64,000 bases of DNA. Source: Callorhinchus milii. Lineage: Eukaryota. Position numbers and translations under genes: made by a program. The notes beneath the pieces were generated by a model. It was not told the origin of the DNA and searched no databases. It was given only the letters and a program-made list of their open reading frames with translations. Position 1 is the first letter of the stretch. The number at the start of each line of letters is the position of its first letter. The stretch is taken from positions 3,660,001-3,724,000 of the forward strand of contig NW_024704743.1 in the NCBI RefSeq assembly GCF_018977255.1, read 5' to 3'. This document shows positions 48,028-60,393 of this stretch, piece after piece.

Positions 48028-49814
48028 TTGCAATGCTCCTACTTCTGTTCAACTGAGACCAATCAACGCAGTGCATACTGGAGCTCCCCTGGCTAAGTGA
48101 CTCAGTCCCACTCTGGCAAGTGCCTTCTACCAAGTAAAAGCCCTCCTACTTAACACATTTTCCTTCCTTATTAACACATCATACCGTTAATCCTCACGCA
48201 AGCCACGGGGGAAACAAACTGTTCCAGGCTGAATCGTTTCTGATCTGTGGATGCCTTATTAATCAAGTAAAACTTTGACAGGCTGCTTATGTTGTGGTAA
48301 CCGCTGGACTTGTATAACCATGACTGATTCGCGTCACAAAAGCTTCCCCCTTTTTTCTTTAATATACAGTAAAGCCTTTCTGGTTCAGCGAAGGAGTTAA
48401 TAAACTCCTGTGAGTAATTGAGCAGTGATTTTTTTTTTTGGTGTTTTAAGACTTTGGATTGTGCAACGCTGCAGATGTTTTAAGGCTACTGTGGGAGTGA
48501 GTCAGATGGGACACCTGCCACAATTCTGAGCAGGGGCATCAGCAGGAACTGATGGTTAATTGAGCAGGAGGCAAGGCAGCGTTGCACACTCAAACCTCCA
48601 GAGGATTAGCCTTGCTCAGAACTGATGTCACCAGCACTTGACAAGCGTACACCAGCTGCCTGATGCAATGGAACCGGAGCCCAGGCGTGTTTTTAAACAG
48701 GGGAAATAGCCCCGCGTTGGGACTCCAGTTCATAGTTTGATAGTTTGATAGCAAGATTCCGGTGTGGTACTGTGACAGAGGTGTCCGGTATTTGCGTCGC
48801 AAAGGCAGAGCGATTATATTCAGGTAATGTAAATCGGTGTGTGCCCGTCCCCAAACCTCGGCTCTTGCCAATACCCTTAAAATGACGTCAGCAGGGTGTG
48901 TCCCTCTGCGGAGAGTGTACGCATTCCACTTCGGACACAGGGAAACTCTCACACGTAGGAGTGTGTGGAATTGGTTGTCAGTCTGGTTTGGATACTGTGA
49001 AGCAAAGTGATGGGTTTCCATATGGGTTCCATGTGGTCAGCATCTGGTTGGTCAAAAGAAAGTTAGGCTGACACCTATTTAATCATTCCATGTGTACTTG
49101 TGCTTGTAAGACTCAATTCCATTGATATCCAAGCATAATTTTTTTAAAAAGGCATTATTAACACATCATTTAGCCTGGAGTCAATTGCCTATTATGTGTA
49201 TTCACCACTGTGTGTGGGGGATGGGGGTTGGAGAATTCCTTTTGATTTCTTGCTGGAGGCTTGTTAATTTTGCACTCAAATCCTTGAGTTCTTTGCTCAC
49301 AATCCTAATTAAACAACCGCCTTGAATGTATGATCTTTGTGCTGTTATTTATTTAGCTCTTTCAGACTTGTACAGACGGTTTTGCTCTCGGCTCTGAATT
49401 AATTTACCAGATTGCCATTAGTTTTCCTATTAGATTTTCTTCAATAAACTGTTTTTGGAAAAAAATACACACGCTTCCCTGGGCTTCGGTGTTCACCCAG
49501 TCACTCCACTTCTCAGTAATCCCGGGAAGCACTCTGAGACAACCTTCTGATCCTAAAGGCACAATACCGGATGCAAAGATAATTGTTATTGTTTATTATT
49601 ATACCAGTGCAATTGTAAAGTGTTCAGTTATTTTGCTTTCCACCTTCTGCAAAGAATAAAATGAAAATCCTAACGGGATGTGACCAGGGGAATGGAGGCT
49701 AACTGGTAAGATTATCGAAACGCCTTATTATTAACTATAATAATAATAATCCTTGCACTTGATACGGCGCCTTTCACCGTCTCAAAGCGCTTCAGAGCAT
49801 TCTCTGCAAAGTGT

Positions 49815-50225
49815 CCGCCTGGCTCTGGCTCAGTTGCTGGTACTCTTATCTCTGAGTCAGAACAGAAGGTTCTGGGTTCAAGCCCCACTTCGGGACTTTG
49901 AATAAATATAGTCGAGGCTGACACTGAGGTCCAGGGCTGGGGGTTCACTCTATTGCTAAAACTGCCATCCTTCAGATGAAGCGTTAAGATAAGGTCCCGT
50001 CTGCCTGTTCAGGTCCAAATTAAAGATTCCCCCATGGCACCGCTCAAAAGGTGAATGGAGTTTCTCCCATTGTGCTGGCCAACAATTCTCCAGATAAAAT
50101 ACTGCTGTATTCACCCACATTATCCGCAGGCACTGCACTTTACAGTATGACCTGCAAACACTTTGAGACGTCCTCCAGAAGTGAAAGGCACTATACCAAA
50201 CATGAGGGTTATTATTATTATTATA
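49815..50225 (+). mobile_element. Old Deu-domain SINE, near full length
   Basis: tggctcagttg head, gggttcaagcccca B-box, aaagattcccccatggcac Deu core, att tail. Confidence 0.75.
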
Positions 50226-50489
50226 AAGTGTATTGACTGTGTGTTTTGTAGGTGAAGCGGTTCAAAGGGAAGTGGTTGAACTGTCACCGAGTTCCTTGCG
50301 GGGACAGGTTTGAAATATATTAAAAATATATTTATATGAAATCCGCAAATCCAAACTCCAAGGTTATTGAAACTCTGTGCCCATTTCACACAACCTTGCC
50401 TTTTCCGCTGACTGATAGTAAACATATCAAGAGATTTGGTGTGCCCAGAGGTGATAAAGAACAAGTTTCCCATTATACCTCTTCTAATC

Positions 50490-50606
50490 AGCAAAACCTT
50501 TTCATGTACCATTTCATCATGCAATCGTTACTTCTAATAGAAGTATTTAATGATACATGTTTTACATCTGAATCCTTTAGTATTCAAAGTTAGTAAAGGT
50601 TTTGCT
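50490..50606. repeat. Nested inverted repeats in AT-rich unique DNA
   Basis: agcaaaaccttt/aaaggttttgct; catgtaccatt/aatgatacatg; tacttcta-a-tagaagta. Confidence 0.55.
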
Positions 50607-53600
50607 TTCTTAATTGAGCTATGGCAATCATTAATATCAAATTCTTTTCACACGTAACTATATATTTCTCTATTATGCCGTAAATCTGCCTAAAACTTTC
50701 CTGTGCTCCATCAATTTTCCTTTAAACACCAGCCCATTTATTAAACCTTTCATTGGATCTTGTATTATGTATGCAAGCAAAGATCTTAATATCAACCACT
50801 GTATTATGTGGAAATTTCCATAAATTTCCATAAATTTCCGTTTAATAAAGAAAATCTTTTCGGAGTGCATTCTAATTTTTACTCTAAAAGATGTTAATAT
50901 CATTTAATGAAGCTAACTTGATTTATATTTCAACTCACTAATAAGTTAATTTCACTCCGAAACATTCCCGTATTTAAATTTGTCGACCGCAGTTTCGGAT
51001 TACAGCAATCACCATCTGTCTCGGAGAATGAGGCGCATCTTTCGATTGGAAACAGACAAACAAAAGTCTGAAAGTAGATTCTGCTCATGTGATAAAGTCA
51101 GTAAAATGAACTGACTGTATATTTTGTGGACGAAACAATATATGTTCAGTACATATACATATTTAATATATGCATATATTTGCAAAAATATATGTACAGG
51201 ATAACTCACTCGGGTAAATAACAGTTCAAATGGTTCAAATGGGACAGTTCAACAGTCCCACCTCCTACACCCTACTATTCCCTTCTCTCTCATGTAAAAT
51301 AACAATCTTTACATTTGATATAACGCCTTGCACATCAAGAGAACTTCCCAAAGTGCTTCGCAGGATTTACTGTAAGATGCAGTGACTGCGCATTGTCGTA
51401 GGCAAACCCGGTAGTCTGTTGTTGCACAAGAGAGGGAAGTTTCTCCTGGTATCCTGGCCAACCATCTACCAAATAAAATTGTTCATTCACTTCATGACTG
51501 TTTGTGAGACATTGCTGTGTGTAAAGTAGCTGCCAAGTTTGCCTATGCATTCATTACACAGTGAATCCTCTGACATTTGAGATGCCTTTTCCAACGTGAA
51601 AGCAGCGATTATCAAATGCAAGGATCATTAGCGTTAAGTTCCGACATGGGCTTTAAACCGAAAACATTCGAACCCAGAGGCAAAGATCCAAGTTGCCTTT
51701 TTCTGTGCAGGAATTTCAACTTTGAAACCGGGGAACAAGTTACGACAGAGCGGCATTAATAATAGTACTCCGTAAAACATTTCAAATTTGCTGGCTGAAA
51801 AGATTATTTCAATGAAGGTCATTCTCTTGCAATGCAAGTTTCAATTCCAGTTTATCTCTCGGTTGTTTGGGGCTTGGGTAAGATAAGGCATCTCTCCATA
51901 TCGGTGGTAAGATAGGGTTACAGTATTATCTGCTCCTAAATGAACTGAAAATAGCAGCAGAGAAGATTGCCAAAAATCAGTGGCAAGTTCTTAAAGGCAC
52001 CCTACATTTCGAAACTGCTGCAACATCTAAAAATCTATGAAGATATGCAACTGGCATCAACTTGGTTTTACTTGAGAATTGAAAGACCCGTAGCCCAAAA
52101 AAAGGAAAAGGCGCTGGATACATTTAATAATTTAATTTAATTTAAGTTTGATACATGAGTGAAAAGACCAATATCCCAGGTTTTATTCTGCGGTGGGACT
52201 TTGAGCTGGTAGTCTGGATGATATCGGAGGTGTATTCCTTCGGTTGGTACATTAAGTCCAGGTCCTATTTACCTGTTCGCGTTTAAAGATCCCACGGCGC
52301 AACTCAATAGAGAAGAAGTTTCTCCTGGTGTCCTGGGCAACAATTCTCCTGATAAAAACTGGTCTCTGGTCCAACTGGTCATGGCTATCTGGGGAGTCGC
52401 TGCTAAATAACTGCTGTGTTTCACCTGCAAATATGCAGACACTTTACAGAAATTTGATGAAGTGCCTTGAGACATTCTTGTCACTGTATCAAACAAAATG
52501 ATCATCATTACGTGGAGGCCTAAATGGCAAAAGTAATTCATTTAATGTAAGCAGCTGGTAATGCACGTAATGTAAAACCATTTCTTCCTGGCTGACGTGG
52601 GACATTGCTGTGCTATATCCTGTCAGTGAAGCACTTTGGGACGTCCTCCCGACATCAAAGGTGCTGTAACAAACCTAAGGATTATTATTATTGATCATGA
52701 AATATCTATCGGCTGCTGTTTTCTGGAAATTGACTGCATATTGTCGCTCGATAAAAGTCTGGTGATAAGATTGCATCATGAAGAACAAGAAAGGGAATTT
52801 GCAGTTTTAAAAAAGGGTGTTCTTGACATCATTTGAATCCCTCAATAATAATAAATAATAATTACTCTTCATATAAAAACAATTTTATTTGATTTTGAAC
52901 CTATAATGTTGATATCTCTCAAAGCCCTTCACAGGTAAATGACATCAATTGATAATGATATTGTTCGCATCCCCCACCTCGCTTGCCCCACCACTTAGCG
53001 GGCGGGCCTTCTGCCACTCTGCCCCCCACCACTGGTTGTCCTGGTCAACAATCGCCCCAAATAAAACCGGTCACAAAATACACCGCAAATCCTGCGAAAT
53101 GCTTCGAGATGTCACGAAAACCGTTGTTATCAACTGTTAGGATTATTGTTTGTATGCAACGGGATTACTGTGCAGCGTTTCTTTATTCCTCCTCTTTGTT
53201 CCTGTAAATATGGCCCTTGATACGGCGCTAAAGCACCCTGTTGAAATGTTCCAAGGTGCTTCACTCAATGAGTTACTTTTGAATGTAGTGACTGTTGTCT
53301 GGCAGACAGACGGAGCTGCTGATCTGCAACAGCAGCATCTCACAGACAGCAAAAAGCTGAACGAACAAACAAATGTGATTTTTTTTAGTGAACCAGGAAG
53401 GAATGTGGGTCAAGGACACAGTGAGAACTCCCTTCTCTCCTTGAACATAATCTCAGGGGTGGTTTACCATCCACCTGAACTAACACGTGGATCATGTCCT
53501 CTGAACACCTTCCAACTCTGCAGTGCTCCAACGGTGATGTACTGTAATCAATAAACACACGTCCTGTCCATGTGGGAATTGAACCCACAGCCTTGTGATT

Positions 53601-54284
53601 CTTGAACCTACAACCTTGTGCCTCAGAGGTACAGACTCCAAAGGCTGAGCTACATTGATATTTGTCTTATCGACATAACCACTGCATGTGAATTAATGTA
53701 GAATTAGTGAATTTTCCTGTAATCTACCATTAAGCATAATGTGGGAGTAAGACATCTGCTGCTATGTTAAATCCTACATGTTAAATCCAACATAATTTCA
53801 GGTCCAATGTCATAAAATACAGTAATAAGAATAATCCTTGCATGTTATACAACGCCTTTCACGTCGGGAGTACATCTCTCAAAGTGCCTCACAGGATTTA
53901 TTGTAAAGCGTAGTGACTGTGTCTTCTGTAAGAGAAATCGATAATACTGGTTGCCTTACCTTTTTACTGCGCGAGCTCCACGTTCAAGAGACGGCAGAAA
54001 AGCCTGCAAATGAAACCGCAGAAGTGCACTGCACCGGTAAAAAAAAGACAATTTGGAAAGAAAACGAATGTCATGAATTGCACATTACGGGGTGTTTATT
54101 GCAGTTGGGGGAATGTTAATGGCTGCTCTGCTAAAAGAGATGAGCTGGTTATTATCTTTAGTTCCAAACCCTTCTAATTAATTATAGCCTTGAGTTCTCG
54201 CTACGAGCATTCTGAAAGGTTTCCTGAGTGTAATTGAATCTACGATGCTCATATGTTTATGCTTAGAGCTCATCACTGGAAGTG

Positions 54285-54380
54285 CCTCTCTCTCTGTCTC
54301 TCGCTCTCCCTCTCTCCCTCCCTCCCTCCCTCCCTCCCTTTCTCTTTCTCTTTCTCGCACTCTCTCTCTCTCACACACAC
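54285..54380. repeat. Compound (CT)n/(CCCT)n/(CA)n microsatellite
   Basis: Direct reading of the sequence. Confidence 0.85.
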
Positions 54381-56231
54381 AACTGAGTGTTAGACGGATC
54401 CAGTAGCTGGAGGAGTTCTGTGGATAAAAATTTCAGTGGATCTGGACGGACAGTGCAATGTAGCCTTCGCCTCCCTGTAGGCACAGAGGGTAGACTTGGC
54501 ACTTTTCACGTGAACCTCCCAAATTGAATGTGCAATGTTACAATTCTATAAACCCTAATAGATATGTACTTGGTGTCAGTTTGGTTCAGTGCTTGCGTTC
54601 TCGCCTCTGGGTCAGAAGGTTGTGAGGAGATTTGAGTTCATTGTCTCGGAGTCTGTGCTGACACTTCATCCAATGTTTTGCCTCGTGAGCACTGCGTTCA
54701 CCTGAAAAATGCACAGTCGCTACAATTTACAGTCAATTCCTGTGCATCGCTTTGAGACGTCCTCCCGACGTGAAAGGCGCTGCATCAATTGACAGGATTA
54801 TTACAATTTATTATGGCAGCTGTTTCTGCGCGGGAGGTGACGTCCTTCAAATCGTACGTTAAGTTAGACCGAGGACCATTCCGTCATTTCTCAGGTGGAT
54901 GTTAAAGATCCTAGAGAGAGAGGGTTTTTCTTCTGGTGTCCTGGCCAAAAGTTTTTTGAAATGGCCGTTCATTTCCTTGTGACTGTGCGCCATTGGCGAT
55001 CGGGCCTTCTACCCCTTTGGAACGCAGTCTTTATTGTTATATAATGATATAAAAATATACGCGCAGTACATCCAGGTTTTAAAACTCGCCGTAAAGTATA
55101 TCCGAACAGTCTATCTGAAGTACTTTGAGTCTCACTGCTTTTTTGTTAAACATGTATGTGCAACACATCGCTGGAGCTATTCGAGTTGCCTCATTGTTTT
55201 GACGCGTGAACTGCTCACCCGGCTACGAGCTGAAACAAATGCTCGAATAAACAACGTGATACCCCCTCTCCCGCCCGATGCGAATCTCCGAGAGGGAATC
55301 AGTTGCGGACCTGCAGACGCGAGGCATGGAGGGCAATGTGTTCTCGTCAGCACACAGACCTCGTCGGGTTGTCAGAACCTCACTTTGATACTCTTTAGGT
55401 TCTGTTAAGCGAATGGCTAAACCTGCAGATTGATAAAATAAACAAGATTGTGGGTTCAAGCCCCACATCGGACTTGGAACTCATGTCGTCTAAGACGTTC
55501 TGGGGGAGCGCTGCATTTTAGAGTTGTCGTCCATCTGGTGGGATATGTTTTGTAGATGCTTGTGATGTGCTAATTAAAACCTATGTGCCAATTTACAATT
55601 TGTAATGCATTTTGTGAGGTCATTTTGTGAGGTCTATACTGCAGGTGGAACCTTCTTCCGAACACCCTTCTCAATGGTTGCATTGCCAGCTATGGAGTTC
55701 CAGCTCATGGACCGATTGACTGTTGCTAACGCTAGAAAATAAAGACACATATGCAAACAGTTAACCAACAGTCGAAGGCTGGAATGGATGAGTCAACGCT
55801 AATGTACCCGCCGTTTAATAACAGCCAAAGTGCTTCACAGGGCACCCTGCAAAGTGGAGGTGGCTCTGCATTTTGTACTTGAATTTTATTTAGATGACTG
55901 TCGGCCAGGACACCAGGAGAAACTGTCTACACTTTTCAAAGAGTGCCTTGGGATCTCCAATGCCTTCGCTGATTACACCAATGACAACAGCGTTGGGAAT
56001 CTGTCTCCAGTGAATTCAATGTGATGAATAGCACACAGACTCCAAATTTTCACACCATTTTGTGTCCCTGGTCACCTTCAGAGAAACATTGCTGCATAGA
56101 CACAAAACCTTCAAATAGATGAATGGAAACAGCAGCAAAAGAAACACGTATGTTCGCGAGTCTGTAAATAACTGGAATAACTCATCCTTTAGAACTAGAA
56201 AGGTTAAATAGAGCTTTTCTGGGCAAAATTT

Positions 56232-57146
56232 ATAATAATGATAATAAATAATGCTTGCATTTGGTATGTAGCGCCTTGTCATGTCTTCAAGACGTCTCAA
56301 AGCGATTCACAGAATAATACTATAAAGTGTAGTGACTGTACATTTTGTGGGTGAAACATGGCAGCCAATTGCCCACAGCAATGTCTGACAACCAGTTGTG
56401 GATTGAGTGACCAAACTAATTTTTTCTTGGAGGGATTATTACCGCCGGAAAGCGATCCACCAATCGACTAACAACCGGGTTACTACTTACTACAACAACA
56501 ACAACAACAAGATTCCATTTATAAAGCGCCTTTCACGTCAGGAGGACGTCCCAAGGCGCTGCACAGTTGGGTCATGACCCGAGCAGGGGGGAAATGGTCA
56601 GGGTGAGGGAGGGAAGGGAGGGAGCGAGGAGGGGGGAAATGGTCAGGGTGAGGGAAGGGAGGGAGCAAGGAGGGGGAAATGGTCAGGGTGAGGGGAGGGA
56701 AGGGAGGGAGCGAGGAGGGGGAAGAGAGTCGAGAGGGGAGCTGAAGGCACGGTCAAAGAGAAAGGCCTTGAGACCGGCCTTGAAGGAGGAAAGGGAGGAA
56801 GTGGCGAAGGCACTGGGGGATGGAGTTCCAGAGCCTCGGGGCTGAGAGGCTGAAGGCCCGACCACCGATGGTAGGGCGGTTGGGGCGGGGGACGTGGAGC
56901 AGACCAGAGCCAGAGGAACGGAGGGTACGGGCAGGTAGGGAGGGGGATAGTAGGTTGGAGAGGTAGGAGGGAGCAAGGCCGTGAATGGCCTTGTAGGTGA
57001 GGATGAGGATCTTGAAATCAATCCTCTGGGGGGTACTACTGGGTAAACAGAGGCGTGTGGAGTAAGGAAATTTGCCTCAGCTTTAATCCTGGCCGGGAAT
57101 CAAACCCAGGTACTCTCACTTGCGAGCACTGTGCCACAGGACTCCA
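56232..57146 (-). mobile_element. Young SINE split by an L2 insertion
   Basis: SINE body to ...ccgggttactacttactac, resuming at tactactgggtaaacagaggcgtgtggag...acaggactcc. Confidence 0.9.
56494..57033 (-). mobile_element. Young L2, 3' 540 bp, same subfamily as 35823-38509
   Basis: Near base-for-base match to 35823-36367; TSD tactac at 56488-56493 and 57034-57039. Confidence 0.96.
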
Positions 57147-58192
57147 AATTTGATTGCACCAACATTTTCAAGTTATAATATTGAAGTCATTTGTCTCTTT
57201 CCTTGTTTCTTTGTTGTTCAATTTCAGCCACTTTTTTGGATTGACCTCAACTGGAATGCCACCTCCACCTGCTACCCCGTGGCGTTTTGGGGGAATTGAG
57301 AAGTTTACCTCCAGCTGATGCCCCACGACATTGTTGGACCATTTGCTTTGTAAACCCCATGAATACGAGGGAGACATTTTAATCCGGTCAGCGTAAGATC
57401 AACGTTAACAACTGTTCCTGGTCGCGAATAAGATTCTTTCCATCCTCATGGGCAAATCTGCATTCATTCTGATCAGTCTTCGGAGCGGAACAATTTCTGA
57501 GTTTCTGCCTCAGAAATGTGCCAAGTAAGCAGTTTGCATCTCTACCTATGATAGACTGCACAGCTGTAAACCACTTCTTCCTTTTGGAATGGACTTTATT
57601 TATTCAGTGGCACATGAATAAAATATACTGTGCTTTAAAGCCTGTGAAAAAAAAAAGTAAATCCATCCGTGAGCTGATTATTCCCCAGCTGAGTGGCTCA
57701 CAAGAATAAGGAATAAAATGATAGTTTTGGGTGGGTAAAAGCTCTGATTAAACGCCAGACAATTTCTTAAAACAGCAGGTTTGTTCCGTCGGGATCTGGT
57801 GCAAGTTGGAGATTTGTTAAGAATCAGAGGAGTGCTGCTATAAGGAATAGATTGGATTAATCTTTGCTGACTCGCAAATTCATCTCTTGGCTAAATAAAT
57901 AATAAAAAAAATAATCCTTGCATTTGAAAATAGCATCTTCCAAGTCTGCCCACAGTCTCTCCTTAACCTCCTGTCTGACCCTTCCGAATCTATAATAACA
58001 ATCCTTGCATTTGATCTCGTGCCTTTCATCTTTGGAGAGCCCATCAAAGCACTTCAGATAATCACTGTAAAGTGTAGTGACTGTATATTTTGTAGGCTAA
58101 CACAGCAGGCAATCTGCATACAGCAATGCCCCACAGGGACAGGGTTGTTTCCAGTAGCTAATGGGAGAAGTATCATCACATTCCCATGCAAA

Positions 58193-58550
58193 TGGAATCC
58201 TGTAGCTCAGTGGTTAGATCACTCGCCTCGCAAGCGAGAGGACCTGGGTTTGATTCCCGGGTAGGGTGAAATCTTGGGCAAGTTTCCTTACTCCACACGC
58301 CCTTGTTTACCTAGCAGTAAGTAGGAACACGGTTGCTAGTTGATTGGCGGATCGCTTTCCGGGGATAATAATTCCTTCAAAAAAATAATAATAATAATAC
58401 ATTTCAATCCACGACTGTTTTGGGCTATTGCTGTGCACAACTGGCTGCCGTGCTTTGCCCACACAATATACAGTCAATTTACTTTACCTTATATTTGAAA
58501 TGTCTCGAAGACGTGATAAGGCGCTATATCTAATGCAAGGATTATTATTA
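58193..58550 (+). mobile_element. Young SINE, full length
   Basis: ggaatcctgtagctcagtggttagatcactcgcctcgcaagcgagagg head to atgcaaggattattatt. Confidence 0.93.
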
Positions 58551-58879
58551 AATGCTACAAAATCTAATGACTGTTTTATAGTAAATGTGACACACAGGCA
58601 GCCACGAATAAAACGATTAATCTGTATAGATATCCAGCTCAGGTTGCATGGAATGGCATATTTGAGACCTGTAATATAATGGTTTGCTTTTGGTAACTCT
58701 GGAAACCTGTTCCCTTGATTTTAGATAGATTTTTTTTAAAAAAACATAATACTTTTATAAGTTGAAGATCAAAATGTGGATTTTTTCCCATTTTATGGGA
58801 AGTTGATAGGTTTCTTTGTACCTTCTGGCAAAGCTCAGTCTGTTTTAATTGCATCAGAGAGAGTTGAGAGGGGACACGA

Positions 58880-59120
58880 GAGAGATGTATCACAATTATG
58901 AGGGAGCAATTGCTGGGATGTGGAGTGCCCTCCCATATAAAGTAGTGAAAGCAGAGCCCATTGTGGTTTCAAGTGGGAAATAGACAGGTACATGAAAGTT
59001 TAGTGGGGTACTGGGGATAGGGCAGAGCAGTGGGATCAAATGAACACCTTGCTAGGAGCAATCGACATATGCTCAATGGGCCGAATGGCCTCCTTCTGGG
59101 CTGCAAATCTCCATCAAATC
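58880..59120 (+). mobile_element. CR1 3' end
   Basis: atgtggagtgccctccc...gtagtgaaagcag...atgggccgaatggcctccttctg. Confidence 0.7.
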
Positions 59121-60019
59121 TAAATCAACAAGACTCTTACAACACAGGCTTGAACAGAAAGCCTTAAGACAGCAACACCAACAACAACAAATTACATTTG
59201 TATAGCGCCTTTCACATCGGGAGGACGTCCCAAAGTGCTGGGCCATCGCTTTGCTGAGGGCCCATTCAGCCGAGAAAGTTTCAGCGAACGTTTGATGAAT
59301 TATACAGCTTTCACTGTAGAAAATTTAGAGATTTTGCCACTCAGCTCCTGTTCACCCCTCAAGCCCAAATCCTAAGGGTGGTCCCAGCTGGACAAGGTAG
59401 CCAGTCGGTGCTCTAAATGGCAGGCTAAGCGGTTTCAGCTGGTTACGTTTCAGAAATACCCCGACGCCCATCCTGGGTTCCCAAAGCCTTAGCTCTTAGC
59501 GAACCGGCCACCTAATACTCGTCAGAGTCAGGTAAGAAGGGCACATCCCTCCAGACAGAGAACGTGCAATTCCATTTCACACACAGGGAGATTCACACTT
59601 GTAAGTGGCATGCATAGGTGGAACTTTCAGGCTGGTTTGGGGATACCTTTACAGCAATGCACGAGTCAGGACAAATAAAAACCCCAAAGATCACTAAAAC
59701 TGTCATTCACATTCAAGTGCTCGTTTCCAAATCTGCAGACTCACGGTCACAGCGAGATAGAGTGAAGGAAACGCAGGCGTATGACAGATCCGGGGCTCTT
59801 GGAAGTTGTGGCGTACTTTGCTGAAAGTAACAAATTGCTGAATGTGCTGCTGCACTGCGGAAAACCAGAGAAGTCTGATTGAACAGTGAGAAGCTTTTGA
59901 AGCATTTGAAATAGCACTTTTCACGTCAGAAGGTTGTCTCAGCAGAACTCTGCACAGGATGGACTGTAATGTCTAGTGGCTGTGGATTGGGGGGGCTTGT
60001 TGTAGTATTTTGCATATGT

Positions 60020-60393
60020 GATAATAATTCTAGCATTTGTTATAGGGCCTCGTCACGTCGCCGAGAAGACTCAAAGCGCTTCACAGAATACACCGTAAAG
60101 TGAATTGACTGTTTAATTTACGAACAACACGCGGCAGCCAATTGCGCACGGCAGTACCCCACAAACAGTCATGGATTGATCGACAAATTATTATTTTTAT
60201 AATTTTGAAGGGATTATTAGCCCCAGAAAGCGAACCGCCGATCGACTAACAACCGGGTTATTACTTATTGCTAAGCAAACAGGGGCGTGTGGAGTAAGGA
60301 AACTTGCCTAAGGTTTTCCCCTGCCTGAGGAACTGAACCCAGGTCCTCTCATATACAAGGCAAGCACTTTAACCAAATACACTACAGGGTTCC
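60020..60393 (-). mobile_element. Young SINE, full length
   Basis: Tail, body and head (ccaggtcctctc...ctacaggg) present. Confidence 0.9.

Noticed and set aside
58193..58270. tRNA-Ala(CGC) gene (also 12644, 13959, 30322, 31957 and others)
   Set aside because: tRNA-derived SINE heads that run directly into the SINE body, without a proper acceptor stem or Pol III terminator.
59454..59530. Plus-strand exon candidate ending cag|gtaaga
   Set aside because: Weak acceptor, stops in two of three frames and no partner exons; shows how easily chance candidates arise.
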